Source: Pseudomonadota bacterium (GTDB taxonomy: Bacteria; Campylobacterota; Campylobacteria; Campylobacterales; Sulfurimonadaceae). From it: a stretch of DNA of 64,000 nt. The notes under the pieces were generated by a model, which searched no databases, was not told the DNA's origin, and saw nothing but the letters and a program-made list of their open reading frames with translations. The translations under genes and the position numbers were made by a program. Shown piece by piece: positions 1 through 10,516 of the stretch. The DNA lies in the NCBI GenBank assembly GCA_043797085.1, contig JAZDQA010000014.1:105235-169234 (forward strand). The letters are read 5' to 3'. Each line of letters begins with the position of its first letter. Within the stretch, counting starts at the first letter, position 1.

Positions 1-194
1 CAGAAGTGCTAAGTGCAGATGCCTATTATGCTATTGTGGATGAAGGTATTTTCGATTCCGTTCTTGCGCAGCGGTATAAAGATATTGTACTGGGAGGCGG
101 CGGATCTCAAAGTATGCAAGAACTTTTTGTGGAGATGATGGGACGCGAATGTGAAACAAAAAATCTCTTGCGTCTTAATGGCATAGAAGTATGA
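1..194 (+). CDS. prlC: Oligopeptidase A / M3 family metallopeptidase, C-terminal fragment (truncated by window start)
   Basis: EVLSADAY...RYKDIVLGGGGS...LFVEMMGRE resembles the M3A peptidase C-terminus. Confidence 0.75.
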   Translation, partial: EVLSADAYYAIVDEGIFDSVLAQRYKDIVLGGGGSQSMQELFVEMMGRECETKNLLRLNGIEV

Positions 195-1201
195 AATTTT
201 TTTGGCTAGTATTCATTACATTGACATTTTTAGAAGGAGCAGAAGTGAAAATAGCCTCTTATAACGTTGAAAACTTGTTTGATATGAATGATGATGGTAC
301 AGAATATGAACAGTACATACCCAATACCTCGTGGGGATGGAATGAGGAGATGCATCGGATAAAACTTCGCAACACCGCGCAAGTCATCAAAGATTTGGGT
401 GCTGATGTCATCGGACTGCAAGAAATTGAGTCCGAAACCGCTCTCAAAGAGCTCAAAGCCGAGCTCAACCGTCAAGGGATTTATTATCCTTATTATGCTT
501 TTGCACGCTCTAAAAACACTACAGTAGCTACCGCCCTTTTGAGCAAATACCCCCTTAAAAGTGCGCTAAGCCATTCAGTAAGCTCAAACCGTAAATATCG
601 TGATATATTGGAAGCAAAAATTGATATTAACGGTAAAAATCTACACATTTTTGTTAATCATTGGAAATCCAAAAGCGGTTCTGAGAGTATGCGTATTCAA
701 AGTGCAAAAGTACTCAAAAAACGTATCAGCAACTTGGATGAAAATGAACCGTATATACTCTTGGGAGATTTTAACTCTCACTATGAAGAGTATCGAACGT
801 TTGTAAAAAGCAGAAAGCATAATGACACGGATGGGATCACAGGGATTAATCATATCCTTAAGACCATCGATGAGGATGACAATCCTATTACTATCACAAG
901 TGTCAAAGAGTGTGATGACTGCTCCTACAATCTATGGTATGAACTCCCACAAGAGCAACGGTGGAGTCATGAGTACAGAGGGGGACATGAGGCGCTGGAT
1001 AATATGATTATTTCCCCCTCGCTTGCAGATGGAAAAGGAGTTGAATATGTCCGAGGGAGTTTTGGACGATTTGATGCTCCTTATCTTTTCTACAAAGGAA
1101 AACCTTATCGCTGGCAACAATCACGAAAATTTCCTAAGCACCATCTAGGCGAAGGGTATTCCGACCACTTGGCTATTTTTGCAAAATTTAACGTACGTTA
1201 A
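191..1201 (+). CDS. Secreted endonuclease/exonuclease/phosphatase (EEP) family protein
   Basis: Signal peptide; SYNVENLFD, GLQEIE, NHWKS, LGDFN, LDNM and YSDH motifs. Confidence 0.85.
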   Translation: MKFFWLVFITLTFLEGAEVKIASYNVENLFDMNDDGTEYEQYIPNTSWGWNEEMHRIKLRNTAQVIKDLGADVIGLQEIESETALKELKAELNRQGIYYPYYAFARSKNTTVATALLSKYPLKSALSHSVSSNRKYRDILEAKIDINGKNLHIFVNHWKSKSGSESMRIQSAKVLKKRISNLDENEPYILLGDFNSHYEEYRTFVKSRKHNDTDGITGINHILKTIDEDDNPITITSVKECDDCSYNLWYELPQEQRWSHEYRGGHEALDNMIISPSLADGKGVEYVRGSFGRFDAPYLFYKGKPYRWQQSRKFPKHHLGEGYSDHLAIFAKFNVR

Positions 1202-1875
1202 ACGATGCACCAGTCAATCGGAGCAATCCCATGCTCCCGTAAATAGGTATTGGTTTTACTAAAAGGTTTCGAACCGAAAAACCCTCGATAAGAGGAGAGC
1301 GGTGAGGGATGCGGAGCTTTTAAAACCAAATGCTTTGTCTCATCAATCAAAATACTTTTTTTCCCCGCAGGAGCACCCCAGAGGATAAATACGAGATGTT
1401 CTCGCTGTTGGCTCAATGTTCGAATGACTTGATCGGTGAACCTCTCCCATCCTCTATCTTTGTGAGAAAAGGGTTCTCCTTGGCGAACTGTTAAAAGGGT
1501 GTTAAGGAGCAGGACACCCTGATGTGCCCAATGACTCAAATCACCGCTTTTTGGGAAAGGACAGCCGATGTCATCCACTAATTCTTTAAAGATATTTTGG
1601 AGGGAGGGTGGAGAAGCGACTCCTGCTTGAACTGAAAAAGACAACCCATGTGCTTGCCCTGCCCCGTGATAAGGATCTTGACCTAAAATAATGACTTTCA
1701 CCGATTCAAAAGGGGAAGAGTTGAACGCATTAAAAATATTTTTACTCTGTGGAAAAATAGTATAACTCTTTTTTTCTTCCACCAAAAAAGCTTTTAATGC
1801 TTCCATGTAAGCGTCGTTAAATTCGTTTTCTAATGCGTCTTTCCAGCTTTCATGAATACTAGGGTGTGTTGTCAT
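1198..1875 (-). CDS. ung: Uracil-DNA glycosylase (family 1)
   Basis: GQDPYH, PPSL and HPSPLS motifs. Confidence 0.97.
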   Translation of the reverse strand: MTTHPSIHESWKDALENEFNDAYMEALKAFLVEEKKSYTIFPQSKNIFNAFNSSPFESVKVIILGQDPYHGAGQAHGLSFSVQAGVASPPSLQNIFKELVDDIGCPFPKSGDLSHWAHQGVLLLNTLLTVRQGEPFSHKDRGWERFTDQVIRTLSQQREHLVFILWGAPAGKKSILIDETKHLVLKAPHPSPLSSYRGFFGSKPFSKTNTYLREHGIAPIDWCIV

Positions 1876-2261
1876 TATTTAAGAATATCATCCTCAAAAA
1901 TTACCATTTCATAAATACTGCGCGTCGTCACCAATGATTTTTCAAGAGGAACACCGCTAGAGTTTCGCATACGTGAGATTTCTGAACGCAACTCGATCAT
2001 CTCCTGCTCCATCATCTCCATTTTACTTTTCAGACGCATTACGACATCCACACCAGCGAGATTGACTCCTACTTCACGGGTAAGTCGCAAAATGGTTTTA
2101 ATTTTCTCAATATCACGCTGAGAATAAAGACGTATTCGTCCATCCGAGCGTGAAGGAGCTATAAGGTTTTCTCTCTCATATTGGCGTAGCGTCTGAGGAT
2201 GAATATCCAAAATTTTTGCCACGATACTAATCATGTATACCGGTTCATCAAAATGGTGCAT
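1875..2261 (-). CDS. hspR: Heat-shock repressor HspR (MerR family)
   Basis: VYMISIVAKILDIHPQTLRQYER...GVNLAGV; directly downstream of cbpA. Confidence 0.95.
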   Translation of the reverse strand: MHHFDEPVYMISIVAKILDIHPQTLRQYERENLIAPSRSDGRIRLYSQRDIEKIKTILRLTREVGVNLAGVDVVMRLKSKMEMMEQEMIELRSEISRMRNSSGVPLEKSLVTTRSIYEMVIFEDDILK

Positions 2262-2264
2262 AAT

Positions 2265-3122
2265 CTAGTCTCCTTGCGGAAGGGATTTTTTCATCTGTTC
2301 AACAAGATCCGCATCGATTTTATCCACAGTAGGCAATATAATATTAGCCTTAAGATACAAATCTCCGCGAACACCGCTTTGTCGATTCATCACGCCCATC
2401 TCTTTGAGACGGAAACGCTGACCATTTTTGGTATTTTCAGGCACTTTAAGTGTAACTTCTTTATCTAATGTCTGAACCGCCACTTTACCACCAAACAGTG
2501 CCGCATAAAGAGGAACACTAAATGTTTTCACAAGATTGTCTCCCTCGCGCTCATACTCAGGATTGGCAGAAATATCGATACGTAAATACAAATCACCCGA
2601 TTGGGCACCATGACGCTTCCCTTTTCCGCGAACACGAAGTTTTTCACCGCTTTTAATTCCGGCAGGAATTTTGATGTCAAAACTCTCTCCAGAAAGGCTA
2701 ATCGTGTGTTTACCACCGAGTACCGCTACGGCAAACGGAATAGTAACATTGGCATCAAAATCAAGGTTCATCGCGCCGCCAAAGCCACTGCCAAATCCGC
2801 CGCCGCTAAATCCACCGCCTCCTCCACCGAACATACTGCGTAAAATCTCATCTAAATCGACATTACCGCCCTGAGCACGTGAGAAATCATGGAAGTTTTG
2901 CCCGCCGAACATCGAATCCCCGTACTGATCGTATTTGGCACGTTTTTCTTTATCGCTAAGCACTTCATACGCCGCATTAATCTCTTTAAATTTTTCTTCC
3001 GCTGCGGGGTCTTTGTTCACATCGGGATGGTATTGACGCGCGAGCTTACGGTAAGCTTTTTTGATCTCTGTTTCGCTTGCGCCTGCTGTAACTTCTAAGG
3101 TAGTGTATAAACTTTTTGACAT
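2265..3122 (-). CDS. cbpA: DnaJ-class co-chaperone CbpA
   Basis: J domain with HPD, G/F linker, no zinc finger; start moved to ATG 3122 (AGGA RBS). Confidence 0.9.
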   Translation of the reverse strand: MSKSLYTTLEVTAGASETEIKKAYRKLARQYHPDVNKDPAAEEKFKEINAAYEVLSDKEKRAKYDQYGDSMFGGQNFHDFSRAQGGNVDLDEILRSMFGGGGGGFSGGGFGSGFGGAMNLDFDANVTIPFAVAVLGGKHTISLSGESFDIKIPAGIKSGEKLRVRGKGKRHGAQSGDLYLRIDISANPEYEREGDNLVKTFSVPLYAALFGGKVAVQTLDKEVTLKVPENTKNGQRFRLKEMGVMNRQSGVRGDLYLKANIILPTVDKIDADLVEQMKKSLPQGD

Positions 3123-3161
3123 TTTAAATCCTATTGAAATCATAGTTAATTATTTAACAAA

Positions 3162-3196
3162 ATTATAACAGAATAGTTGAGTCAAAGTCAATCAAG
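3162..3196 (-). promoter_or_regulatory. Extended -10 promoter (TGtTATAAT) plus HspR operator (HAIR)
   Basis: GTTGAGT-N7-AATCAAG at 3176-3196 vs HAIR consensus CTTGAGT-N7-ACTCAAG; TATAAT on minus strand at 3162-3167. Confidence 0.8.
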
Positions 3197-3268
3197 GTTA
3201 AAAAGGAAAGTGCGTTGGATTAGAAGAAAGAGAAGATTGAAGATTGCGCCATAAAGACGCAAGTGTTT

Positions 3269-4804
3269 TTAGTGCAAAAAGTGACGAATACCAGTAAAGT
3301 ACAACGACATCCCGTGCTCATCTGCCGCCGCGATGACTTCTTCATCACGTACCGAACCGCCCGGTTGAATAACGGTTTTGACACCCGCCCCTGCTGCCGC
3401 GTCGATAGAATCGCGAAACGGGAAAAATGCTTCAGAAGCAAGAGCTGAACCGCTTACATCCAGACCCATCTCTTCCGCTTTTCGTAATGCACAACGGGCT
3501 GCATCGACACGAGACGTCATCCCCATACCCACTGCTACCATCGCGGAGTCTTTTACGTACACAACACAGTTTGATTTGGTTAATGAGGCTACTTTATACG
3601 CGATTTCAGCGTCTTTAAGTTCACTCTCGCTTGCCGTGTGTTTTGTCACCAACTTGGCATTCTTAACCTCATCGTCTCCCACACGATCCGCGTCTTGGAA
3701 TACAAATCCGCCGTCAATGTGTTTAAAATCGACTGCATCTCGGCTCAGAAGAATACGATCACTGCCGTATTCAAAAAGCTTTAGACGTTTTTTCGGCTCA
3801 AATACTGCTTGTGCTTCTTCATCGATTTTACCTGCAATAATCACTTCCAAAAACATCTCATTCATTTTCAGGGCAAGTTCTTTGGTCACGACGCCATTGA
3901 CCGCAACGACGCCTCCAAATGCTGAAATCGGATCACATTTAAGTGCTTCGGTATACGCATCCATCATATTATCACGGATTGCAAAACCGCACGGGTTACC
4001 GTGCTTTACGATACAGATAGCATTCTCATCCCCAAACGCAGCTGCAATTTTCACCGCACCGCTGATGTCGGTAAGATTGTTAAAACTTGCTTCACCTTTG
4101 AGGGTTTTGAAGTTTTTAGAGAAGAAAGTGTCAAACTCGTACAAACCACCCTTTTGATGCGGGTTTTCGCCGTAACGGGTATCCATTACTTTGTTTCCGA
4201 CGATAAACTGTTTCTCTCCCATGCCGTTGTTAAAACGTTTGTTCATGTAGTTGGCAATCATGCTGTCGTATGCTGCCGTATGCTCATATGCTTTGATCAT
4301 CAAATTACGGCGAAATTCAACGCTATCTGAACCGTTTTGAATCGCATTAAGCACCACAGAGTAATCACTTGGATCGGTAATGATATGAACATCGATAAAG
4401 TTTTTTGCAGCAGAACGAACCATTGCAGGTCCTCCGATGTCGATGTTTTCAATGATCTCTTCGAAGTCATCCGTACGCTCAATGGTCGCTTTGAACGGAT
4501 AAAGATTTACACAAACAAGGTCAATTTCAACAATCCCGTATTCCATCGCTGTATTGACATGAGAATCCAAATCACGACGAAATAAAATGCCCCCGTGGAT
4601 ATATGGGTTAAGGGTCTTAACCCGACCATCAAACATCTCCGGAAATCCTGTCACATCATCAATCTCGATAGCATTCACACCTGCATCACGCAACATTTTA
4701 AACGTTCCGCCCGTAGAGACGATTTCATAGTCCAAACCGATGAGAGATTTAGCGAATTCTACGATATTACTTTTATCACTGACACTGAGTAATGCACGCT
4801 TCAT
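3269..4804 (-). CDS. purH: Bifunctional AICAR transformylase/IMP cyclohydrolase
   Basis: [35 protein letters not shown]. Confidence 0.98.
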   Translation of the reverse strand: MKRALLSVSDKSNIVEFAKSLIGLDYEIVSTGGTFKMLRDAGVNAIEIDDVTGFPEMFDGRVKTLNPYIHGGILFRRDLDSHVNTAMEYGIVEIDLVCVNLYPFKATIERTDDFEEIIENIDIGGPAMVRSAAKNFIDVHIITDPSDYSVVLNAIQNGSDSVEFRRNLMIKAYEHTAAYDSMIANYMNKRFNNGMGEKQFIVGNKVMDTRYGENPHQKGGLYEFDTFFSKNFKTLKGEASFNNLTDISGAVKIAAAFGDENAICIVKHGNPCGFAIRDNMMDAYTEALKCDPISAFGGVVAVNGVVTKELALKMNEMFLEVIIAGKIDEEAQAVFEPKKRLKLFEYGSDRILLSRDAVDFKHIDGGFVFQDADRVGDDEVKNAKLVTKHTASESELKDAEIAYKVASLTKSNCVVYVKDSAMVAVGMGMTSRVDAARCALRKAEEMGLDVSGSALASEAFFPFRDSIDAAAGAGVKTVIQPGGSVRDEEVIAAADEHGMSLYFTGIRHFLH

Positions 4805-4879
4805 GCAGTTCCTTTGATTGGGTACTTAGACCCATGAATTAATGGTGGAATTGTAACGAATGGTGGTTTAGGGGAAGGT

Positions 4880-4908
4880 AAAGAATGAAAGGAAGCGTAT
4901 TGCTTCCT
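4880..4908 (-). terminator. Probable intrinsic terminator after the DUF975-like gene
   Basis: AGGAAGC-N5-GCTTCCT hairpin (4890-4908) followed by a U-rich tract on the minus strand. Confidence 0.55.
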
Positions 4909-4912
4909 GTAA

Positions 4913-5509
4913 TTAGGCGAGAAAAGTTTTTTCTGATTGAGTACTTTTAATATCGTTATAAAATATTGCAAAACTTACGCTCATATAAGGAATCAGCCAA
5001 ATAAAACCAATCCCTAAAGTTAAAAGGGCCAATAACACCCATCCAAAAAAACGAAAACTTAGGCAAAAAAGTTTCCATTTATTACCTTGCATCATTTCCT
5101 TACTTTTCTTAATTGCTTCAAGTGCACCCGTAGATTTATTATCTGCAAGAACATAAAAGGTCATTGCGTATGAATATGCTGCGATTAATCCTGGAATAAT
5201 CAGAAGTAACATCCATAAAATAATAAAAAGAGTTTGTAGTAACAACGCCGCAAGGGCTGTTCCAAATCTACTAAAACCATCAAAAAGATGTCCTATTTTT
5301 GTCTCTTCATTTCTCGCAAGAGCCAACATAATGGTGTTTAATCCAAGTGCCATTGCCCCACCAATTAGTAAAGAAATAATCGCACCCACTACTGGAATGA
5401 TTTGAATCCCATACACAATAATACCATTTAATAATATTGCACCAATTGCTATCCCCCAATGCCCCTTGAGTGACTCTCGTGCTTTTGCCATAATATCTTT
5501 ATTTTCCAT
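4913..5509 (-). CDS. DUF975-family integral membrane protein
   Basis: KARESLKGHW, LWMLLLIIPGLIAAYSY, AIKKSKEMMQGNKWKLF; start set to ATG 5509 (GGAG RBS). Confidence 0.8.
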   Translation of the reverse strand: MENKDIMAKARESLKGHWGIAIGAILLNGIIVYGIQIIPVVGAIISLLIGGAMALGLNTIMLALARNEETKIGHLFDGFSRFGTALAALLLQTLFIILWMLLLIIPGLIAAYSYAMTFYVLADNKSTGALEAIKKSKEMMQGNKWKLFCLSFRFFGWVLLALLTLGIGFIWLIPYMSVSFAIFYNDIKSTQSEKTFLA

Positions 5510-5597
5510 ATTCAGCTCCAAATAAAATTTTATTTATTGTATCATAACAATTGAAATTAGTATATATTTTATATGATTATTTATAATAGGAAATTAA

Positions 5598-6092
5598 TTG
5601 AACAACTATATTCACCCTTTCACGCCCATCCTCAATCATCATACCTGTGTTCTTTTCCTCGGAAGTTTCCCCAGTATCGCATCATTCGAACAAGCCTTTT
5701 ATTATGCCCATCCGCGTAACGCTTTTTGGTCGATTATGGAGGAAATATTTGGGGTAACGTTTTATGATAATGAAAATAAAATACATTTTTGTATCGAAAA
5801 GGGAATCGGGCTATGGGATGTAATCGGTTCGTGCGAGCGGAGTAATTCAAGTGACAGCAATCTAAAAAATATCATTCCCAATGATTTTAAAAAACTGCTG
5901 GCGGACTATCCAAATATCAAAGCTATCGCGTTTACAGGGAAAAAAGCGTTTGATCTGTTCCAAAAATATTTCAAAGAGTTAGAAATCGAAACTGTATTAC
6001 TTCCTTCCACCTCACCCGCCCATGCAGCTATGACACGAAAAGAAAAAACCATTCTTTATAAAGAATTTTTAAATCGCTATTTAACTCTCTAA
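5598..6092 (+). CDS. UDG-superfamily (MUG-like / DNA-deoxyinosine) glycosylase
   Basis: LGSFPS, YYAHPRNAFW, GLWDVI, LPSTSPA. Confidence 0.85.
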   Translation: MNNYIHPFTPILNHHTCVLFLGSFPSIASFEQAFYYAHPRNAFWSIMEEIFGVTFYDNENKIHFCIEKGIGLWDVIGSCERSNSSDSNLKNIIPNDFKKLLADYPNIKAIAFTGKKAFDLFQKYFKELEIETVLLPSTSPAHAAMTRKEKTILYKEFLNRYLTL

Positions 6093-6887
6093 TACCTGCT
6101 CAAAAATCGTTTTTGCTGTCTTCCAGCGATCTACTTTGGCATTCATCATCACGATAAGGCAATCTTTTCCGTCTTTTTTCGCACGAGCGATTAAACATGC
6201 CCCTGCTTTGTTTGTGAAGCCTGTTTTTACTCCAACAGCATATTGGTAGCGATTCAAAAGACGATTGTGAGTGTAGGCAGTGAAAAGTTTCAATTTATCT
6301 TTATTAAGTGCGTAATAGGTGTGACTGTTGAGTTTGCTGATTGCATTGAAGGTTGAATTTTTAATCGCATACTCAGTCATTTTTAGCAAATCATTCGGTG
6401 AAGAATAATGATCTTTTCCATCGTATCCGCACGGATTACTAAAGTGAGTATGACTCATCCCGATTTGTCGAGCTTTGCTATTCATCATCGCGATAAAATG
6501 CTCTTCATCCCCGCCCACGGTGATGGCTATCGCTTTTGCTGCATCGTTATCGGATTTAATCATTGCAGCTTTTACCAAATCCGACATCAAAACGACATCA
6601 CCGTGCTTATACCCAGCTATTGTAGGCTCCACTTTGGTCATTTCTCGCGTAATCGTCACGGCCTGATTCATTTTTCCGCTTTGTATCGCTAAGAGTGCTG
6701 TCATTACTTTTGTCAGACTTGCCGGACTGGCTCGTTTTTCCCCATCTTTTGAGTATAAAATATGTTTGGTGTTTAAATCTTTGACAACCAAGGCTCCCAC
6801 TTTCAGCCCATCCAGTTCATGTTTATCAATAGCCCCAAAAAGTGAGACGCAAAGCGTTAAACTCAATCCAAAAATTTTCTTTATCAT
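6081..6887 (-). CDS. D-alanyl-D-alanine carboxypeptidase (peptidase S11)
   Basis: Signal peptide; SxxK (ASLTK), SxN (SDN), KTG. Confidence 0.92.
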   Translation of the reverse strand: MIKKIFGLSLTLCVSLFGAIDKHELDGLKVGALVVKDLNTKHILYSKDGEKRASPASLTKVMTALLAIQSGKMNQAVTITREMTKVEPTIAGYKHGDVVLMSDLVKAAMIKSDNDAAKAIAITVGGDEEHFIAMMNSKARQIGMSHTHFSNPCGYDGKDHYSSPNDLLKMTEYAIKNSTFNAISKLNSHTYYALNKDKLKLFTAYTHNRLLNRYQYAVGVKTGFTNKAGACLIARAKKDGKDCLIVMMNAKVDRWKTAKTIFEQVLES

Positions 6888-6977
6888 TCCAAAACCTTTT
6901 AAATTATCAATCGAGCATCATTAAGCAAATAATAGTCCATCCGCTATAATTCCCTATAAAATTTAGAAGGAGGATAA

Positions 6978-7235
6978 ATGCAGCGATTTCGACGACTCTT
7001 TACGCTGTTGTTTATCCTCTCACTTTTTGTCGGTGCTATTCATGAAAGTAGTCACGCTCATCAGCACGGTGATACATGTGAAGTGTGTGTACTCTCTCAT
7101 GCTCCAGCTCTGCTTGGGGATGCCATCACAGTCATACCTATAGATCATTATTACGAATATTTTAGCTTTATGGATACCTCATATCCAGTTGTGTCATCTA
7201 TGCTAACGCGTAACCGTTCCCCTCCTCTGGCTTAA
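6978..7235 (+). CDS. DUF2946-like small exported His/CxxC protein with C-terminal RSPP; probable regulatory leader ORF
   Basis: Signal-like N-terminus, HESSHAHQHGDTCEVC, C-terminal RNRSPPLA; strong RBS (AAGGAGG); 59 nt upstream of a TonB-dependent receptor. Confidence 0.75.
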   Translation: MQRFRRLFTLLFILSLFVGAIHESSHAHQHGDTCEVCVLSHAPALLGDAITVIPIDHYYEYFSFMDTSYPVVSSMLTRNRSPPLA

Positions 7236-7294
7236 AATTACCATTATTCAAAACAAACCATTATTATAATTATTTAACCTTTTAGGATTTTACT

Positions 7295-9373
7295 ATGAAA
7301 AAAACACTTTCTCTTGTGGCATGTGCTGCAATCTGTACCCTTGCCTCTGCTAACGAAGCCCATCTCGATACCATCACCGTCGATGGATCTATAACTACCG
7401 TCATCCAGCACAAAGGCTTACTCAAAGATTTGGTTGAAAAAACGGAAGTGATTGACAAAAAAGAACTTGAGCATACACAATCTTCCACTCTCGCCGAAGC
7501 CATCGGTCAAGAAGTGGGAATCAACGTCACTACCGGCTGTTCCATCTGCGGACTTAAACGGGTACAAATAAATGGTCTTAAAGGGGAACATACGACGGTA
7601 TTGATCGACGGTATCCCTTTTAATTCAACGGTATCGAGTTTTTACGGTATGGACGCTATCGGCACTTCGGACATCGAAAGTATCGAGATTGCTCGCGGGG
7701 CAGGAACGTCGCTTACAGCACCTGAAGCCATCGGCGGAACCATCAACATTATCCCTCGTAAACCGCGTAACAATGCTATTGAAACGGATCTCTCCGTAGG
7801 AACATTGGGAACCAAAAACTACTCCGTTTTGGGTGAAGCCATGAGTGCCGACAAAAAAACCGGCATACTCGTTTCAGCGTCCTATCACACTCAAGATCAA
7901 GTCGATAACGATCACAATGGTGTCAGTGAATCTCCAAGTTTGGAAAATCAATCTTTATCTCTTATGGTGACACATGAGCTTTCACCTTATGATTCGATCG
8001 AACTCAAAGCGAGCCATTTTACCTCCAACTCATTTGGCGGACCGATGACTTCAGAAAGTTCGGCGGTAGCGAGCTATAACCCAGCTAGCAACGATCCCGC
8101 ATTTGTAGGTGGTAATGTTAACAATCCTCTCAGCAGCCAACCTATGTCGGTACTGGAGCGTATCAACACAACCCGCGATGAAATCTACCTCAAACAGCGC
8201 CATACCTTCAACGGTACCATGAACCTCCAAACGACTCTCGCCTACGCCAAGCAATTTCAAGATTCTCTCTATGAAGGGGCGGATTATCTCAATACCGACA
8301 CAACCTATTTCGGCGATATTAAAATCGATCATGCCCTCAACAACAACCATTTCTTAACCTATGGAACCGATGCCAAAATCGAAACGGCACGCTCTCAATC
8401 GGTCGCATTTTTCGATGTTGCCAATATGGATAAAGATGATTTTGATTACACGGCATTGGGACTATATGCCCAAGACGCATGGATGATCGACGATAAAAAT
8501 GAACTCACACTTGCATTACGTGGTGCAAAAATCACCACCGACTGGCGTGCCAAAACAGCGCAAGGTAACGAAATCGATGAAACCATGCTCGTACCGCGTT
8601 TACTCTGGCGACACAACCATACTAATGATTTGACTTCACGTCTCAGTGCCGGAATGGGGTATCGTGCTCCGTTGACTTTTTTCGAATCAGAGCACGGACT
8701 TCTTGACAGCGGATTTGATATGGCAATCACCGAACTGGAAAAATCCAAAGGGGCAAGTTATGCGCTCTCGTATGATGCACATGGATTAAATATTACCGCA
8801 TCCGCTGCTTATACACAGGTGAAAAATCTCGCTTACATCGACGACTCTGCAGCAACACCGGTATTGCGCAATAGCACTGAAGCCGTCAGTGTCAAAAATG
8901 CTGATATTGCCATCGGCTATGAAGTCATGGAAGGGCTAAACCTCTCAGGTGTTTACGAAATGTATCGCTACGATGATGTCTATAAATCGCACCTTTCCCT
9001 AGCTGCCATCGAGCAACGTGCCCGCTTCAGTGTCGATTATGACATCAACGGTTGGGAGTTGTATACGGAAGCCACATGGGTCGGTGCACGTGATTTAACC
9101 CCTTATGGATACACGGATCGCTATAATGATTTAGCCCTTGCCTCTCCTAAAAATACAACAGCTCCAGCCTACACAACCGTCGATCTTAAAATTTCAAAAG
9201 AGCTGAATAAAAATTTTACCGTATATGCGGGAGCAAAAAATCTCTTTGATACCGTCCAAACGGATACCGAGTCACCTCTTTTTTACGATGCCACCGGCGG
9301 ATTTGATTCGGCTCACATTTGGGGACCGTTACGCGGACGAATGGTGTATGCCGGGATAAAAGCCGCGTTTTAA
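7295..9373 (+). CDS. TonB-dependent outer-membrane receptor
   Basis: Signal peptide, TonB-box-like DTITV, plug (LIDG, IEIARGAG, GGTINII), C-terminal Phe; CSIC in the plug. Confidence 0.93.
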   Translation: MKKTLSLVACAAICTLASANEAHLDTITVDGSITTVIQHKGLLKDLVEKTEVIDKKELEHTQSSTLAEAIGQEVGINVTTGCSICGLKRVQINGLKGEHTTVLIDGIPFNSTVSSFYGMDAIGTSDIESIEIARGAGTSLTAPEAIGGTINIIPRKPRNNAIETDLSVGTLGTKNYSVLGEAMSADKKTGILVSASYHTQDQVDNDHNGVSESPSLENQSLSLMVTHELSPYDSIELKASHFTSNSFGGPMTSESSAVASYNPASNDPAFVGGNVNNPLSSQPMSVLERINTTRDEIYLKQRHTFNGTMNLQTTLAYAKQFQDSLYEGADYLNTDTTYFGDIKIDHALNNNHFLTYGTDAKIETARSQSVAFFDVANMDKDDFDYTALGLYAQDAWMIDDKNELTLALRGAKITTDWRAKTAQGNEIDETMLVPRLLWRHNHTNDLTSRLSAGMGYRAPLTFFESEHGLLDSGFDMAITELEKSKGASYALSYDAHGLNITASAAYTQVKNLAYIDDSAATPVLRNSTEAVSVKNADIAIGYEVMEGLNLSGVYEMYRYDDVYKSHLSLAAIEQRARFSVDYDINGWELYTEATWVGARDLTPYGYTDRYNDLALASPKNTTAPAYTTVDLKISKELNKNFTVYAGAKNLFDTVQTDTESPLFYDATGGFDSAHIWGPLRGRMVYAGIKAAF

Positions 9374-9397
9374 CATAAAAGTGCGTTACAATAGTAA

Positions 9398-10516
9398 ATG
9401 CAAAGCTCATCCCCTGCCACTCTTGAGATTGTCCATGATCACTCGGGGACAATCTTCGTGTGCAGCGGGGAATGGACATTAAATTATCTTAAAACCATTG
9501 CACTCACCCTCGAATCATACCAACTGACTTCATCCATAATTTGGGATATTAACAATGTTACCGAACTCGATTCTGCCGGTGTTGCTCTTTGGCATTTGTA
9601 TTATCGTAAATTTGAAAAAATGGGATTTGCCTCCGAGATGATCGGGAGTAAAAAAGAACACCTTCAGCTTTATAACCTCCTCTATCCCCATCCTCAGGAC
9701 GATGTAACAGTACCAAATCGCCCAGGATGGCTTTATCGTGTCGGAAAGGAAGCCTATTTATCATTCCAAGGAATAGGAACTTTTCTAACTTTTTTAGGCG
9801 AAGTATTCACCGTTCTTCTTTACAGTTTACGACACCCTTCTATCATTCGATACCGATCCATCAGTTCTCACATTACGACCGCAGGGTTTGATGCACTTCC
9901 TATTATTGCCGTTAGCGCTTTTTTGATCGGAGTGGTAGTGGCTTTCCAGAGTATTGTTCAGCTTCAAAAATTCGGTGCTGATATTCTCATCGTCGATATG
10001 ATTGGAATTTCTCTAACACGTGAACTCGCACCCCTCATCACGGCTATTGTTATTGCAGGTCGAAGCGGTTCTGCCTTCACTGCACAAATCGGTGCCATGA
10101 AAATGACCCAAGAAATTGACGCGATGAAAACGATGGGATTTCATCCGCATCTTTTTTTAGTCTGGCCGCGCGTTATTGCCTTGATGATTGTATTACCTCT
10201 CTTAATATTTTTTGCTGATCTCGTTGGGATATTTGGAGGGATGGTCATCGCATCTACCCAATCGCACCTATCCTACACGGAATTTATCAACCGTCTGCAA
10301 GGGGCACTGCCCATTAAACATTTCATTATTGGAATAGTAAAAGGACCTTTTTTCGCCATTTTAATTGCTCTGACTGGTACCTATCGAGGATTTCAAGTCT
10401 CTGCAAATACCGAGAGTATAGGGCAATACACCACCAAAAGTGTTGTTAACGCCATTTTCCTTGTTATTGCATGCGACGCTCTTTTCTCTATTCTTTTGAC
10501 GGAGCTCAAGATATGA
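9398..10516 (+). CDS. mlaE: MlaE-family ABC permease with N-terminal STAS-like domain
   Basis: LDSAG STAS motif; RELAPLITAIVIAGRSGSAFTAQIG, EIDAM. Confidence 0.88.
   Translation: MQSSSPATLEIVHDHSGTIFVCSGEWTLNYLKTIALTLESYQLTSSIIWDINNVTELDSAGVALWHLYYRKFEKMGFASEMIGSKKEHLQLYNLLYPHPQDDVTVPNRPGWLYRVGKEAYLSFQGIGTFLTFLGEVFTVLLYSLRHPSIIRYRSISSHITTAGFDALPIIAVSAFLIGVVVAFQSIVQLQKFGADILIVDMIGISLTRELAPLITAIVIAGRSGSAFTAQIGAMKMTQEIDAMKTMGFHPHLFLVWPRVIALMIVLPLLIFFADLVGIFGGMVIASTQSHLSYTEFINRLQGALPIKHFIIGIVKGPFFAILIALTGTYRGFQVSANTESIGQYTTKSVVNAIFLVIACDALFSILLTELKI

Noticed and set aside
2771..2830. GCC/CCG-rich low-complexity repeats
   Set aside because: They encode the Gly/Phe linker of CbpA
3378..4157. 259-aa plus-strand ORF
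   Set aside because: Antisense shadow of purH with no motifs
4805..4860. Possible ZTP riboswitch before purH (small GGGT/ACCC hairpin)
   Set aside because: The -10 at 4850-4855 leaves only about 40 nt of leader, and the ZTP consensus elements are absent
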